Source: Actinomycetota bacterium | GTDB lineage: Bacteria > Actinomycetota > Geothermincolia > Geothermincolales > RBG-13-55-18 | DNA: 64,000 bases | Reading direction: 5' to 3' | Assembly (NCBI GenBank): GCA_013178005.1 | Contig: JABLXL010000030.1 | Location: 126 to 64,125, forward strand | In this document: positions 50,299-60,636 of the stretch, in pieces | Position numbering within the stretch: position 1 is the stretch's first letter | How the letters are laid out: each line of letters begins with the position of its first letter | The notes under the pieces: model-generated | What the model was told of the DNA's origin: nothing | Databases searched by the model: none | What the model saw: the letters and a program-made list of their open reading frames with translations, nothing else | Program-made: the position numbers and the translations under genes

Positions 50299-50622
50299 AT
50301 GGGAACTCTGGCGCTCCTGCTGTTTCTGGGCTCGCTCGCCCTGGGCTTGGCCGCCCTGGTGGTTCTGGTCTTCACCGGGCTCGGGGTATGGCGTACCCTG
50401 CGCTACGGCTACAAGGACTTCCGCGCCTGGTCCGCCTTCTTCGGGGAATACGCCGCCAACCTCGGGGCCGCCCTTGAGGCCATGGAGGAACGCGTGCGCT
50501 CCATCGCCGCCCACGGGAACGAGGTCAGGGAAGGGGTGGAGGAGATCATGGACGCGGTGGAGGAGTTGCGCTCCCACCCCCTCCTGCGCGCCGCCCGCTT
50601 CGTGGGCAGATTCCGCGCCTGA
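50299..50622 (+). CDS. Small membrane protein (N-terminal TM plus helical C-terminal region, possibly DUF948-like)
   Basis: 107 aa, hydrophobic N-terminus LALLLFLGSLALGLAALVVLVF. A strong intrinsic terminator follows it. Confidence 0.5.
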   Translation: MGTLALLLFLGSLALGLAALVVLVFTGLGVWRTLRYGYKDFRAWSAFFGEYAANLGAALEAMEERVRSIAAHGNEVREGVEEIMDAVEELRSHPLLRAARFVGRFRA

Positions 50623-50648
50623 ACACGTCCCTGGGCCACCCGTATGGT

Positions 50649-50682
50649 AAGCGGGCCCCGGCATTCGGGGCCCGCTTTTTCA
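50649..50682 (+). terminator. Rho-independent terminator (12-bp perfect GC-rich stem aagcgggccccg / cggggcccgctt, 5-nt loop, T5)
   Basis: Read directly from the sequence. It lies between convergent genes. Confidence 0.85.
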
Positions 50683-50694
50683 CCCCTATTTCTC

Positions 50695-53493
50695 CTATGG
50701 CGTGTACCCCACCGAGTCGTGGGCCCAGGTGTCGTTGTTGCCGTACATGGCGCGCTCGCAGATGACGTCCCCGCCATGCGAGACCACCTTGGTGGAGACG
50801 TTCCAGTCCACGACCATCTCCCCCAGGTTGAAGGAGTGGCCGGGGATGGTCTTGCCCTGCAGTTCGAGAGGGGAGTTATCCCCGTCCTGGGTGTTGAAGG
50901 CGACGTCCACCGTCACGTCGTAGTCGTTGGGGTTCTGTATGAGCACGTAGGTCTCCATACCCCCTGCCGTGGAGCCCTCGGCCAGGTACCATTGCTGCGC
51001 GGTAACCGAGGTGCCGACGGAATCGTGGGCCCAGGTCCGGTTGTCCCCGTACATGGCGCGCTCGCAGACCACCCGCCCGTCCAGGGCTTCCACGAAGGCG
51101 GAGACCTCGTAGTTGTCGGGAACCCAGTTCGCCACCTCGAAGGTGCTCCGCGACTGCGCCGGAATCTCCACCCCCTGCAGGTCTGGCGGGGACACCGGGC
51201 CGTTCCCGGTCTGGAAGGTGATGTTCACGTGCACGTCGGACTCATAGGGGTTCTGCACCAGCAGCCAGGTCTCCATGCCGCCGCCCGTGGAGCCCTCGGC
51301 CAGGAACCACTCCTGGGCGGGATCGGGCATGGTGGCCCCTACGGAGTCGTGGGCCCAGGTCCGGTTGTCGCCGTACATGGCGCGCTCGCATATCACCTCG
51401 CCGTCGATGGGCTCCACCTTGGTGGAGACGTCGAACTCGTCCGGCACCCAGTCGTTGGCCTTGAAGGTAACCCGGGAGCCGGCGGGTATGGTGATGCCCT
51501 GCAGGTCTTCGGGCGCCACCTCGCCTTCGCCCGTCTGGAACTTCACGTTCACGCGCGTGTCTTCGTCGTTGGGGTTCTGCACCAGCACGAAGGTCTCCAT
51601 GCCGCCGCCCGTGGAGCCCTCGGCCAGGAACCACCCCTCCTGGAGGATCCTGAGCTGCGGGTACTCGTAATCCGGGACGATGTTGGGCAGCCCGTCTCCG
51701 TCGAGGTCGGGCATGTTCATGACGTACTGCGTGAGCGCCTCCCAGCACTTGATTTCCGTCCCCCCCACCAGCACGCGGCTCGCGAAAACGTTGGTGGGAG
51801 CGCCGGCGTTGGTGCGCGGCGAGATGCCGAATAGCTCCAGGAAGCTGGCGGTGTAGAAGTTGGTGGCCACCTTGTAAAGGTGCCCGGGATCGATGGGCGT
51901 GAAGTTGCCCGTGCCGTCGTCCACCTCGAAGCTCGTCACCTTCTCACCCTCGGGCCCCGCGGGGCGACACGAGTACCTGGCGCCGGAAAGCTGCACGAAG
52001 AAGTCGTTTCTCCCCATTTCCAGCGTGGCCTCGAGCACCCCCAGGATCTCCGCCCCGAAAAGGTAGAAGCTGACCATGGGATAGCCCATGGGCACCGGCT
52101 GGGCCAGGTCCGGCGTCGCCCCCAGGGGGATGGTGCGGTAGAGGTCGAAGAAGGAAAACCTTCCCAGGCCCCCTTTCGGTATGCCCGACCTTATCACCCC
52201 GTTGGCCTCGAAGCCCAGGTCCACCGGTTCATCCGGGTTCACCGAAGTGGCCACGGTCTTGTAGGCGTCGGTGACCAGGTCGCCCAGGTTGGTCTCCACC
52301 ATGGGGGGCATGTCGTTGATGTTGAAGCCGCCGTCGCCGTCGATGTCCGTCTCCGCCATGTCGGCGAGGATATCCATTCCGGTTGCCCCGTCCAGGGCTC
52401 CCTTGTAGGCGGCGATTTTCGCGTCGATGGCGGGGTCGGTGGGGATGGTATCATCCATGGCGATGGCCTGGGCGTTCACCACGCTCACCTTGCCGTCTGC
52501 GTACTCCAGCTCCAGTTCGCCGAGGTAGCGCGTGTAGGAGCCGGCCTGCACGATGATGGTGCCGCCCGCGCCGGCGATCATGTGCGGGTAATTGAGGTCG
52601 TGGCTGTGCCCTCCCACGATGACGTCGATACCGGTCACGAAACTGGCCAGGTTCTCCTCCTCCGTGGTCCCGCTGTGGGAAAGGGCCACCACCACGTCGC
52701 ACCCGGCTGCCCGCAGGGTGTTCACCATGTTCTGGGCCACGACAACGCGGTTGAGGAAGCTGACCGGGTCTTCCGGATCTCCGGGGACGTTTCCGAAGGT
52801 CACCCCGGTCCTCGCCGCGTTGGGTGCGACCGCCTCCGCCTCCACGCCTAAGAGCCCGAAGATACCCACCTTGAGGCCGTTCGAGAGGGTCTTTATGGTG
52901 TAGGGCTGGATGGCCAGCTCCGTGCCCTGCTTGTCGGTGGCGGAATAGAGCGCGTGCAGAGCGGCGGCCTCGGGGTTGGTGTCGTCGAAGTTGATGTTCG
53001 CGCACAGGATGGGGAGCTTCACCCCGTCCGCCTTGGCCTGGTTGAAGACCGCGGCTCGGTATCCCGCCCCCATGTCGAACTCGTGGTTCCCCAGGGCCAC
53101 GGCGTCGTAGCCCATGTCCTGCAGCAGGGTGAGCTCGGTGTGGCCGCCGGGTTGCGTCTCGAGCCAGGCGAAGAGGGTGCCCTGGGAGAAGTCTCCGCCC
53201 GAGAGGGTGAGCACCGGCTCACCCGTGGCGGCCTTCTCCGCCTTGATACGCCCTATCTCGTGGGCGATGCGCGAGAACCCTCCCGTGGTGGGGTAGTCCG
53301 GGTAATCGCTCGCAGGCCCCCAGGGGATGAGCTCCGAGTGCTCGTCGTTGGTGTGCAGGATGGTGAAGCGCTTGGCCTCCTGCGCCTCGGCCGCCCCGCC
53401 GGCGGGCAGCACCAGCATCAATCCGCACAGCAACGCCAGGCACGCGGGCGCCCCCACCACAATACGGAAAAACTTTCCTCTCAATCCGACCAC
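50695..53493 (-). CDS. Secreted 5'-nucleotidase / calcineurin-like metallophosphoesterase, with three C-terminal ~105-aa repeats of the same family as in the first CDS
   Basis: Signal peptide. Metallophosphatase motifs (ILHTNDEHS, GNHEFD). 5'-nucleotidase C-terminal domain. Then 3x (EWFLAEGSTGGGMET[FWY]…LVQNP…ICERAMYG[DN]N[RD]TWAHDSVG). Confidence 0.8.
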   Translation of the reverse strand: MVGLRGKFFRIVVGAPACLALLCGLMLVLPAGGAAEAQEAKRFTILHTNDEHSELIPWGPASDYPDYPTTGGFSRIAHEIGRIKAEKAATGEPVLTLSGGDFSQGTLFAWLETQPGGHTELTLLQDMGYDAVALGNHEFDMGAGYRAAVFNQAKADGVKLPILCANINFDDTNPEAAALHALYSATDKQGTELAIQPYTIKTLSNGLKVGIFGLLGVEAEAVAPNAARTGVTFGNVPGDPEDPVSFLNRVVVAQNMVNTLRAAGCDVVVALSHSGTTEEENLASFVTGIDVIVGGHSHDLNYPHMIAGAGGTIIVQAGSYTRYLGELELEYADGKVSVVNAQAIAMDDTIPTDPAIDAKIAAYKGALDGATGMDILADMAETDIDGDGGFNINDMPPMVETNLGDLVTDAYKTVATSVNPDEPVDLGFEANGVIRSGIPKGGLGRFSFFDLYRTIPLGATPDLAQPVPMGYPMVSFYLFGAEILGVLEATLEMGRNDFFVQLSGARYSCRPAGPEGEKVTSFEVDDGTGNFTPIDPGHLYKVATNFYTASFLELFGISPRTNAGAPTNVFASRVLVGGTEIKCWEALTQYVMNMPDLDGDGLPNIVPDYEYPQLRILQEGWFLAEGSTGGGMETFVLVQNPNDEDTRVNVKFQTGEGEVAPEDLQGITIPAGSRVTFKANDWVPDEFDVSTKVEPIDGEVICERAMYGDNRTWAHDSVGATMPDPAQEWFLAEGSTGGGMETWLLVQNPYESDVHVNITFQTGNGPVSPPDLQGVEIPAQSRSTFEVANWVPDNYEVSAFVEALDGRVVCERAMYGDNRTWAHDSVGTSVTAQQWYLAEGSTAGGMETYVLIQNPNDYDVTVDVAFNTQDGDNSPLELQGKTIPGHSFNLGEMVVDWNVSTKVVSHGGDVICERAMYGNNDTWAHDSVGYTP

Positions 53494-53593
53494 CTCCCGT
53501 AGCTCGTTTTACAGCATCCCCGCGGATCACCTTTTATATATACCTCTCAAGGGACCGAGCTAAACACGGATGCGGGCTCGCGCCGGGATGGGC

Positions 53594-54550
53594 TCAGAGC
53601 CAGTCCTGCTTCCTGGCGACGAGGTACATGATCGCCGTGACCACGACGATGAAGACCCAGAAATAGAGGTACCCGTAATACCACTTGTACTCCGGGATGT
53701 GCACGAAATTCATGCCGTAGACCCCCGCCAGGAAGGTGGCGGGCATGAAGAAGGTGGCGATGGCGGTGAGGCGCTTCATGGTGACGTTGAGGCGGTTGCT
53801 GACCGCGCTCAAGTGGATGTCGAGGGAGCTCGAGATGAGGTCGGTGTTGTTGTCCATCTCCAGGTAAACCCTGGTAAGCCGGTCGTAGATGTCCAAGAGG
53901 TAGACGTTGAGGTCGTCCGGCACCGCCTCGAGGTCGCGGCGCGCGAGGTGCATCACCACGTCCCGCAAGGCGGAGACGGTCCTCCTGGCCGCCATGTTCT
54001 TGTGCTTGATGGAGATGACCCTGCCGATGTCCCCGCCTTTTTCGTCCGAGAGCATCTCCTCCATGTGGGCGTCTATGTCGTCCTTGAGGCTTTCCGCCAG
54101 GGGGAACCATTCCTCAACCGAGGCGTTGAGGATGGCGTAGAGAAAGGCGGCGGGGTGGTCGCGGCGGGGCTTTTCCTCCTTCCCAAGCCTTTTGAACATG
54201 GCGTCTATCTCGGGCATCTCGTCGACGTGGGCGGTGATGAGGAAACCGTCTCCGAGGATGAGGTAAAGCGTGGAGGTCTCCACCTTCTCGGTCTCCGGCG
54301 CGTCGCGGAGCATGCTCCACAACACCATGACGTGCCCGGCGAACTCCATCACCCGCGGCATGCCCTCCCTCTCCAGGGGCCTCTCGGCGGCCAGGGGGTG
54401 GAGGTCGAAAATGTCCCTCAGGTACGCCCTCTCCTCCTGGGAGGGATCGGTGACGTCCACCCAGGCGAGGCGGTACCGCGAGGGCTGGAAGCCCTCCAGG
54501 CCTTCCAGCACGGAGGACCGGCCTTGGTCATCTACAATGTAAGCTCTCAT
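53594..54550 (-). CDS. corA: Magnesium/cobalt transporter CorA
   Basis: YGMNF (GMN) motif in the penultimate TM helix, plus two C-terminal TM helices. The start was set to MRAYIVDD (54550), since the ORF-track upstream extension is Gly/Arg-rich junk. Confidence 0.85.
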   Translation of the reverse strand: MRAYIVDDQGRSSVLEGLEGFQPSRYRLAWVDVTDPSQEERAYLRDIFDLHPLAAERPLEREGMPRVMEFAGHVMVLWSMLRDAPETEKVETSTLYLILGDGFLITAHVDEMPEIDAMFKRLGKEEKPRRDHPAAFLYAILNASVEEWFPLAESLKDDIDAHMEEMLSDEKGGDIGRVISIKHKNMAARRTVSALRDVVMHLARRDLEAVPDDLNVYLLDIYDRLTRVYLEMDNNTDLISSSLDIHLSAVSNRLNVTMKRLTAIATFFMPATFLAGVYGMNFVHIPEYKWYYGYLYFWVFIVVVTAIMYLVARKQDWL

Positions 54551-54570
54551 CGCTGCCAGTTTTCCCGCGC

Positions 54571-55170
54571 TTAAACGCTTTCCTCCAGGGCCTCCAGGGC
54601 CTTCAGCGCTCTGCGCAGCAGGAGAGAGTAGAAGGCCATGAGCATGCCCTCGAAGATGACGAAGGCGCCGATGAGCACCACCAGGGCCGTGGTTATCTCG
54701 CGCGGCGACCTGTCTGAGGGGTTCACCAGCAAAAAGACGCCGAAGATGAACAGCGCGGCTCCGGCAAGCGCCACCACCCAGCGGGAGGACATGTCCGCGG
54801 GGAGCATGAGCCCCGCCGCCAGAATGGTCAACCCCGTGAACAGGAACCACAGTCCCAGCAGGATGAGGATCACCCGCTCCGTGGCATCGGGCCAGGCGAG
54901 GGCGACCACCCCCGCCGTCCCCGCCAGCAACGCCAGGGGGATCCTCCACCACCTGTCCTCGTGTTTTTCGGAAAACGCGGCCAGGACCTGCATGGCGCCG
55001 AAGGCCAGGGCCAGCACCCCGAAGGCTATCCTCACCACCTCGATGCTGGCGTGTGGCCAGGCCACCAGCACCACGCCCAGGGCCACGATTCCCAGGCCCT
55101 GCAGCAGCACCGCCCACGGAGAGCGGGGAATAAGAACCACCCGCATGCCCACCACCGTTCTCTCTCCCAT
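54571..55170 (-). CDS. HdeD/DUF308-family small membrane protein
   Basis: About 199 aa with six short hydrophobic helices and repeated G/A-rich pairs. The start is at the internal MGERTVVG. Confidence 0.45.
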   Translation of the reverse strand: MGERTVVGMRVVLIPRSPWAVLLQGLGIVALGVVLVAWPHASIEVVRIAFGVLALAFGAMQVLAAFSEKHEDRWWRIPLALLAGTAGVVALAWPDATERVILILLGLWFLFTGLTILAAGLMLPADMSSRWVVALAGAALFIFGVFLLVNPSDRSPREITTALVVLIGAFVIFEGMLMAFYSLLLRRALKALEALEESV

Positions 55171-55518
55171 TTCCGCCCCCTTCCCGGCCGACAATGGATG
55201 CCAGGCCGCCTCGACACGGGTCTTACATGAGGAAGATACCCGCCGCGATGTATTCCTAACATCAATATTCTTCGAACCGCTCATTCCACCTCCAAAGGCC
55301 TGGGGGTCAAGGCTGGCCATCGGCCTGAGGCCAGGGGGCCAGGCCCGGACTTCGGACCGGACCCCGCTGAGCGAGAAGGATTCTCCCTCCGGTCTCGCGC
55401 CTGGCATCGTGGTCGTCTTCATGCCCGCGTTTCAAACCGATTCCGAGGCGCTTCCCTGCCGCCGTCAGGTGGTGCCGGCGGCACCTGGTCTATAATCGCC
55501 TTGGAGGTCTTGCCCGGG

Positions 55519-56415
55519 ATGAAGATAGGATACGCCTGCATAAACCTCTCCCTCGCGTGCCGCAGCTCGCGCACCTTCCGCCTGAAGTCCTACAGCGCCG
55601 AGAACATGGAGAGGACGGTTAGGGGGAACCTCTCCTGCCTCATGGAACAGCTGCGCTACAACCTGGAGCGCGGCATCCACTATTTCCGCATCTCCTCGGA
55701 CCTGGTGCCCTTCGCCTCCCACCCGGTGTGCGACTACCCCTGGCAGTCGGAGTTCGCGCGGGAGTTCGCGGCCATCGGCCGTTTCGTCTCGGAGCACGGC
55801 ATGCGCGTCACCATGCATCCCGACCAGTTCATCCTCATCAACTCGCCCGACGAGGGCATCCACGAAAGAAGCGTGGCGGAGCTCGTCTACCACGCCGAGG
55901 TCCTCGACCTCATGCGCCTGGACCGCTCGCACAAGATCCAGATCCACGTGGGCGGGGTATACGGGGACCGGGTGGCGAGCATGGCCAGGTTCGCCGCCCG
56001 CCACCGCGAGCTGCCGGCGGCGGTGAAAAAGAGGCTGGTGGTGGAGAACGACGAGAGGTCCTACGGCCTGGCCGACTGCCTGGAAGTGCACGCGAGGACC
56101 GGGATCCCGGTGGTCTTCGACACCCTGCACCACGCCGCGAACAACCGTGGCGAGGAGCTGCGGGCGGCGGTGGCGGCGGCGGGTTCGACTTGGAAGAAAA
56201 AGGACGGGCTACCCATGGTCGATTACAGCAGCCAGAAGAAGGGCGGCAAGCCGGGAGCGCACGCCTATTCCCTGGACGCGGAAGACTTCCGCTTTTTCCT
56301 GGAAGAGACGCGGGGACTTGAGTTCGACCTCATGCTCGAGGTGAAGAACAAGGAGAGGAGCGCCCTCGAGGCTATCTCCATAGCGCGGGAGATGGGGATC
56401 CACGTTCCCGGTTAA
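55519..56415 (+). CDS. uvdE: UV damage endonuclease UvdE
   Basis: MKIGYACINLSL… N-terminus and a TIM-barrel endonuclease pattern typical of UvdE/UVDE. Confidence 0.8.
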   Translation: MKIGYACINLSLACRSSRTFRLKSYSAENMERTVRGNLSCLMEQLRYNLERGIHYFRISSDLVPFASHPVCDYPWQSEFAREFAAIGRFVSEHGMRVTMHPDQFILINSPDEGIHERSVAELVYHAEVLDLMRLDRSHKIQIHVGGVYGDRVASMARFAARHRELPAAVKKRLVVENDERSYGLADCLEVHARTGIPVVFDTLHHAANNRGEELRAAVAAAGSTWKKKDGLPMVDYSSQKKGGKPGAHAYSLDAEDFRFFLEETRGLEFDLMLEVKNKERSALEAISIAREMGIHVPG

Positions 56416-56713
56416 CGACGCCCGCCGACGCTTAGCCTGCGTTAGCTTTCGCCTCGCCATGCGCCAGCCAGTGATGGTATAGAAAAACGAGGCCTTCCAC
56501 TCGACTCCCTTCCCCTTACTCCCGTTCCAGCCGGAGTGGAGAGGATGCGGCGGGGTGCGCATGGCCTCGCCGGGCATTCGTCGTGCTGGGATCGCCAGAA
56601 ACATACCCTCTTGCCAAATGGTGGCGCCTTTTATGAATGCTTGCCGGGCATTCGTCGTGCCGGCATCCCCTGGAACCCATCATCATCCCCGACCTGCGCT
56701 TCCACCGGGCATG

Positions 56714-56748
56714 AAAAAGGGGGGCGCGACGGCCCCCCCATCCTAAAT
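56714..56748 (-). terminator. Rho-independent terminator for the chagasin-like lipoprotein gene (minus strand: ggggggg-ccgtcgcg-cccccc followed by TTTTT)
   Basis: Read from the sequence 13 nt downstream of the stop. Confidence 0.7.
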
Positions 56749-56760
56749 GCTGCGATCGAA

Positions 56761-57687
56761 TCAGTGGCCGCCCTCGGAGCCCTCTTCCCCGGCCTTCTTG
56801 ATCTCCACCTCGAAGGTCACGGTTTTCTCCGGCTTCACGTCCTTCTCCCAGGGGCGGACGTACTCCAGCGCGACCTCCGTCTTGCCCGCCTTGAGGGCCT
56901 CGAAGGTCCAGACCTCCTCGCCGGGAGCGCCCACGATCTCCTCGCCCTCGCCGTGCGATCCGCCCTTCGCCTCGAAAGACGTGCCCACCAGCCTGAGCAG
57001 CTCCTCGTCCAGGGGCTCGGCGAGCTGCCACGAATAGCCCGTGGTGGGGTTGGACTCGAGGACGAGGGAGAACTCCAGGCCCTCTTCCACCTCCACCGGC
57101 GCCTCGGGGTCGTCGTACTCCTTGGGCTCCTTGTCCGCGCTTCCCTTCTTCTTCACCCATACGTTGAAGGTGACCACCTTGGGCCCTTCGCCCTCTCCGG
57201 GCGACGGCATGATGACCTGCTCGCCTTCCGTCGCGGCGGCTTCCCCCTCCACGTGGGCTTCGCCCTCGGACCCCTCCTCCTCGGATTCCTCCTCGGATTC
57301 CTCCTCGACCCGGGCGGGCTCTTCGGCTTCCTCCTCCCAGGGGCGGACGTAGGCGAGCTCTATGGTGGTCCTGCCGAGCTCGTGCGCCTTGAAGGTCCAT
57401 TTCTCCTCGCCGGGCGCCCCCAGCAGATCCTCCTCGGGGGCTTCGAATTCCGTCTTCTCCAGGGTGAGTATCTTTTCATCCAGGGGATGGTTCAACTTCC
57501 ACTGGTAACCCGTGGTGGGGTTGGACTCGAGGACGATGGCGAACTCCTCGCCCTTTTCCACCACTATCTCCACCGAGGGGTCGTGGAACTCCTTCACCTC
57601 TCCCTCGATAGAGCATCCGCTCGCGGTGAGGGCCAGCGCCGCGAGCGCCACGAAGATCGCGATGATTGCCGTCTTGCAGTGCTTCAT
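56761..57687 (-). CDS. Lipoprotein with two chagasin-like (MEROPS I42) cysteine-peptidase inhibitor domains separated by a poly-acidic linker
   Basis: Signal peptide plus lipobox LTASGC. Two copies of the NPTTGY[QS]W…TF motif. Linker EEEAEEPARVEEESEEESEEEGSEGE. Confidence 0.7.
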   Translation of the reverse strand: MKHCKTAIIAIFVALAALALTASGCSIEGEVKEFHDPSVEIVVEKGEEFAIVLESNPTTGYQWKLNHPLDEKILTLEKTEFEAPEEDLLGAPGEEKWTFKAHELGRTTIELAYVRPWEEEAEEPARVEEESEEESEEEGSEGEAHVEGEAAATEGEQVIMPSPGEGEGPKVVTFNVWVKKKGSADKEPKEYDDPEAPVEVEEGLEFSLVLESNPTTGYSWQLAEPLDEELLRLVGTSFEAKGGSHGEGEEIVGAPGEEVWTFEALKAGKTEVALEYVRPWEKDVKPEKTVTFEVEIKKAGEEGSEGGH

Positions 57688-57851
57688 CTCCTGATTCCTC
57701 CTCGTTCCACCGGCCTTGCCCGCGGCAGACCAGGTTCCCGAACGCGCGGCTTCATATCCACCAGCTCCATATTATAACCCATGCCGTGGCCTCCCGCCTC
57801 CGCCTGAAGGTGGGCCGAGGAATCGGGGCGGCCGCGGAGGTCGGCATGCGG

Positions 57852-59084
57852 TCAGCCGGACGCTTTCGGAGGCATGACGGTGGCCAGCCAGTCGAACATG
57901 CGCTGGTCGTAGAGGGCGCGCGCCTTGGGCTCGCAGTGCCAGTTCGCCCCCTCCTCGCGCGTGAAGCGCACCAGGGTCTTGGGGCAGGTGAGGGCCTCGT
58001 AGACCTCCCTGGACTGGCCGGGCCAGAACTGCTCGTCCTCGGGGTCGGCGATGAACACGGGACAGCGCACGCGGTCTATGACGTCACGAAGGTGGTAGCG
58101 GCGGGCCATCTCGATCCAGTCGTAGAAGCTCTCCGTGCCGTAGGGCTTCATGCGCCACTGCACCGTCTGGCGGGTGGCGGCGTCCATGTACTTGAGCCCC
58201 TCGGCCATCATGCCGTCGAACTCCTCTTTCCTGCCCTCGTCTACCAGCTTGAGCATCTCCGGGGGGTACTTGCCCACGATGGCGGTGGAAACGTCCATCA
58301 CCCCCGGGTCGGCGATGCCCGCGGCCACGCGGTGCTCGAAGGCCAGGGCGCGCAGGATCCAGTACCCGCCCTGGCTGATGCCCGAGAGGGCGATGCGCGC
58401 GGGGTCGATGTCGTCGCGGGAGAGGAGGAAGTCGACCACCGGGGTTATCACCGCCTCCCAGTCGTGCCGGAAGGGCACCTCGTGCAGCCAGAGCATGGCG
58501 TTCTGCCCCGGCCCGTCGAAGACCAGGGCCGCATATCCCCGCTCCAGCGCCCCGGCCACGCCGCTGGACCACATGGAAACGGTTGGCCCATCGCTGCCGT
58601 TGTTGAAGATGACCACGGGGAAAGGGCCGCCCGCGGCGTCGGGCTTGAAGAGGTATCCCGGCATGGGGACCTCCTCGTAGGGGATCTCCACCTTCTCCGC
58701 GGGAGGGTCGAGGCGAGCGCAGAATTCCTCGAAGCACGCGATGTGCCTCTTCCAGGTGGGCACGCGCCGGGAGGGGTCCTCCGTGCCGTCGATCATGGAG
58801 AGCGAGGCGGCGTAGTAGCTGGAGGCGCGCAGGTAGGAACGCCGCGCGCTCACCCGGTTGCCGGCGGCCGCGCACTCCTCCGCCGTCCTCTCCAGGCGCT
58901 CGGCGGTGGCGCACCACTCCCGGTACCACGCCTCGAAATCGCCTTCCCCTATGCGCTCCACGGTGGAGAGCACCTCGCCCGCGTCCGCGCAGCCATAGTA
59001 GCAGCCCCCCAGGATGAGCTGGGTCTCGAAATCCATTTGCTCGTGTCGCATGAAGTAACGCCTGGGCTCGCCTTCAACCGCCAT
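57852..59084 (-). CDS. Alpha/beta hydrolase with an N-terminal cap domain (DHPON-hydrolase/FrsA-like)
   Basis: GISQG nucleophile elbow (GxSxG), and downstream Asp/His candidates. 410 aa. Confidence 0.6.
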   Translation of the reverse strand: MAVEGEPRRYFMRHEQMDFETQLILGGCYYGCADAGEVLSTVERIGEGDFEAWYREWCATAERLERTAEECAAAGNRVSARRSYLRASSYYAASLSMIDGTEDPSRRVPTWKRHIACFEEFCARLDPPAEKVEIPYEEVPMPGYLFKPDAAGGPFPVVIFNNGSDGPTVSMWSSGVAGALERGYAALVFDGPGQNAMLWLHEVPFRHDWEAVITPVVDFLLSRDDIDPARIALSGISQGGYWILRALAFEHRVAAGIADPGVMDVSTAIVGKYPPEMLKLVDEGRKEEFDGMMAEGLKYMDAATRQTVQWRMKPYGTESFYDWIEMARRYHLRDVIDRVRCPVFIADPEDEQFWPGQSREVYEALTCPKTLVRFTREEGANWHCEPKARALYDQRMFDWLATVMPPKASG

Positions 59085-59437
59085 CGTCTCCTCCTCTCGA
59101 CGTCGTCGTAAAAAGGCCGGATATCCACTGTCTTGAGTCGGAAAAACGCCGGCCGACCTTTACCTGGGGTGCAGGGCAGGCGCCGTGAGCCCGGATCGGG
59201 CCTCCGTGGCCTCGCTCGCCTGCCGCCTCGCCGCCCAGTGGCCGCATGCGCGCCTTTCATGCGCCGCTGCATTCCGGGTCCGGCTCCCGCCATGTGGGCA
59301 TACGGCGGCCGGTTCCGGCTTCCGCCGGATGCCCTCCCGCGCCGCCGAGCGATGGCCTCGCAGACCTCCGCCGCCCCGCAGCCCAGCGGCCGTATGCGTG
59401 CGCCTCCTCCACCTCCTGATTCCGGGTCCGGCTTCCG

Positions 59438-60634
59438 CTATATGGGCATGCGGCGGCCGGGCCCGGGGATCTGCCCGCGCTTGAGGGCGATGATCATGTA
59501 CTCCCAGTGGGTCTCGCCCTCGAGCTCCAGCCTCTCCTCCCCCACGCGCACCCAACCCCGGTAGTCGGAGAGGAAGCGGTAGTAGGCGGGGGCGGCGACG
59601 GCCCTGCCCACGGCCTTGACCAGGGGCATGGGGAGTCTCTCCGCCAGGGTGTTCACCATCTCCAGCTCACGGGAGGTCCGGAAGCTGAACTCCCCCGCCA
59701 CGTCCCGCTCCGCGAAGCTCAGGTCCACACGGGATGGATATATCTGGAAGCCGGCGCTGTCGGAAACGTAGTCGCCCACGGCGTACTCCGCCCGCGAGGA
59801 CTCCAGGACGATGCGGCCGTCCAGGGCCAGGAAGACGATGGGGATGTGGATCTCCCCGCAGCGCCGCGAGGTGGCCACGTCGGCGAAGATCATGGTCACG
59901 CGGTCGGTGGTCAGGCGGCCCCACACCCAGTGGGAGAGGTAGCGGGGGACGAAGCCGTTCCCCCAGTTGTGGTCGTGGTATCCCAGGCCTGACACCTTGC
60001 GCTCCACCCCGTCCACGCTCAAGGTGCCGTGGACCCGCGCCCGCGGCTGCGCCACCACCCAGCCGAAGACCTGCTCCTTCTCCGGCATGCCGAACATGAT
60101 CTCGCCCGTGCCGCGCGTCCAGCCGGGGAGCAGGTTCTCGAAGACGAGGTCGCAGGCCAGGTTGTCGTGCTTGAACCTGACGCGGTACTCGGGGTAGTAG
60201 CCGGCGATGGTGTTGTCCCCGATGGCCACGTCGCAGGTCTCCCGCGACGCCCTCCACATCTCCGCGGGAAAGGGCACGATGTTGTTGTGCTCCCGCCCGT
60301 CGGGGGTGTAGACGTTGAAGAGCATGGTGCACTCCCTGGCGAGGAGGTTGGTGAGGTTGGGCCACTGCAGCTCCAGCACGCAGCGGTGCCCGTCGTCGAA
60401 CTGGGCATCGAAGTACCACCACTCCCAGTAGAAACGCCCTTTATAGGGGTGCTGCGCGTCGTCCCTGGGCTCGAGGCCGCGGTTGAGCTCCTCCACCGGG
60501 CGGCTGCCGTACATCCCCACCGGGATGATCTGGTAGGTGAGGCCGCGCCGGGCCAGCCTTCGCGCCGCCGCCGCCAGGGCCAGGTTCTCCAGCGCCAGCC
60601 ACTTCCAGTACCGGTCCCATCCCCGCTCGCTCAT
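59438..60634 (-). CDS. CrtC/AttH-family protein (hydroxyneurosporene synthase-like lipocalin fold)
   Basis: The YWEWWYFDAQ motif and overall beta-rich composition resemble the CrtC/AttH family. The assignment is tentative. Confidence 0.4.
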   Translation of the reverse strand: MSERGWDRYWKWLALENLALAAAARRLARRGLTYQIIPVGMYGSRPVEELNRGLEPRDDAQHPYKGRFYWEWWYFDAQFDDGHRCVLELQWPNLTNLLARECTMLFNVYTPDGREHNNIVPFPAEMWRASRETCDVAIGDNTIAGYYPEYRVRFKHDNLACDLVFENLLPGWTRGTGEIMFGMPEKEQVFGWVVAQPRARVHGTLSVDGVERKVSGLGYHDHNWGNGFVPRYLSHWVWGRLTTDRVTMIFADVATSRRCGEIHIPIVFLALDGRIVLESSRAEYAVGDYVSDSAGFQIYPSRVDLSFAERDVAGEFSFRTSRELEMVNTLAERLPMPLVKAVGRAVAAPAYYRFLSDYRGWVRVGEERLELEGETHWEYMIIALKRGQIPGPGRRMPI

Positions 60635-60636
60635 CT

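Noticed and set aside
57666-59111. 481-aa plus-strand ORF antisense to the alpha/beta hydrolase gene
   Set aside because: Spurious high-GC frame. The hydrolase on the minus strand has a GxSxG nucleophile elbow and a coherent fold pattern.
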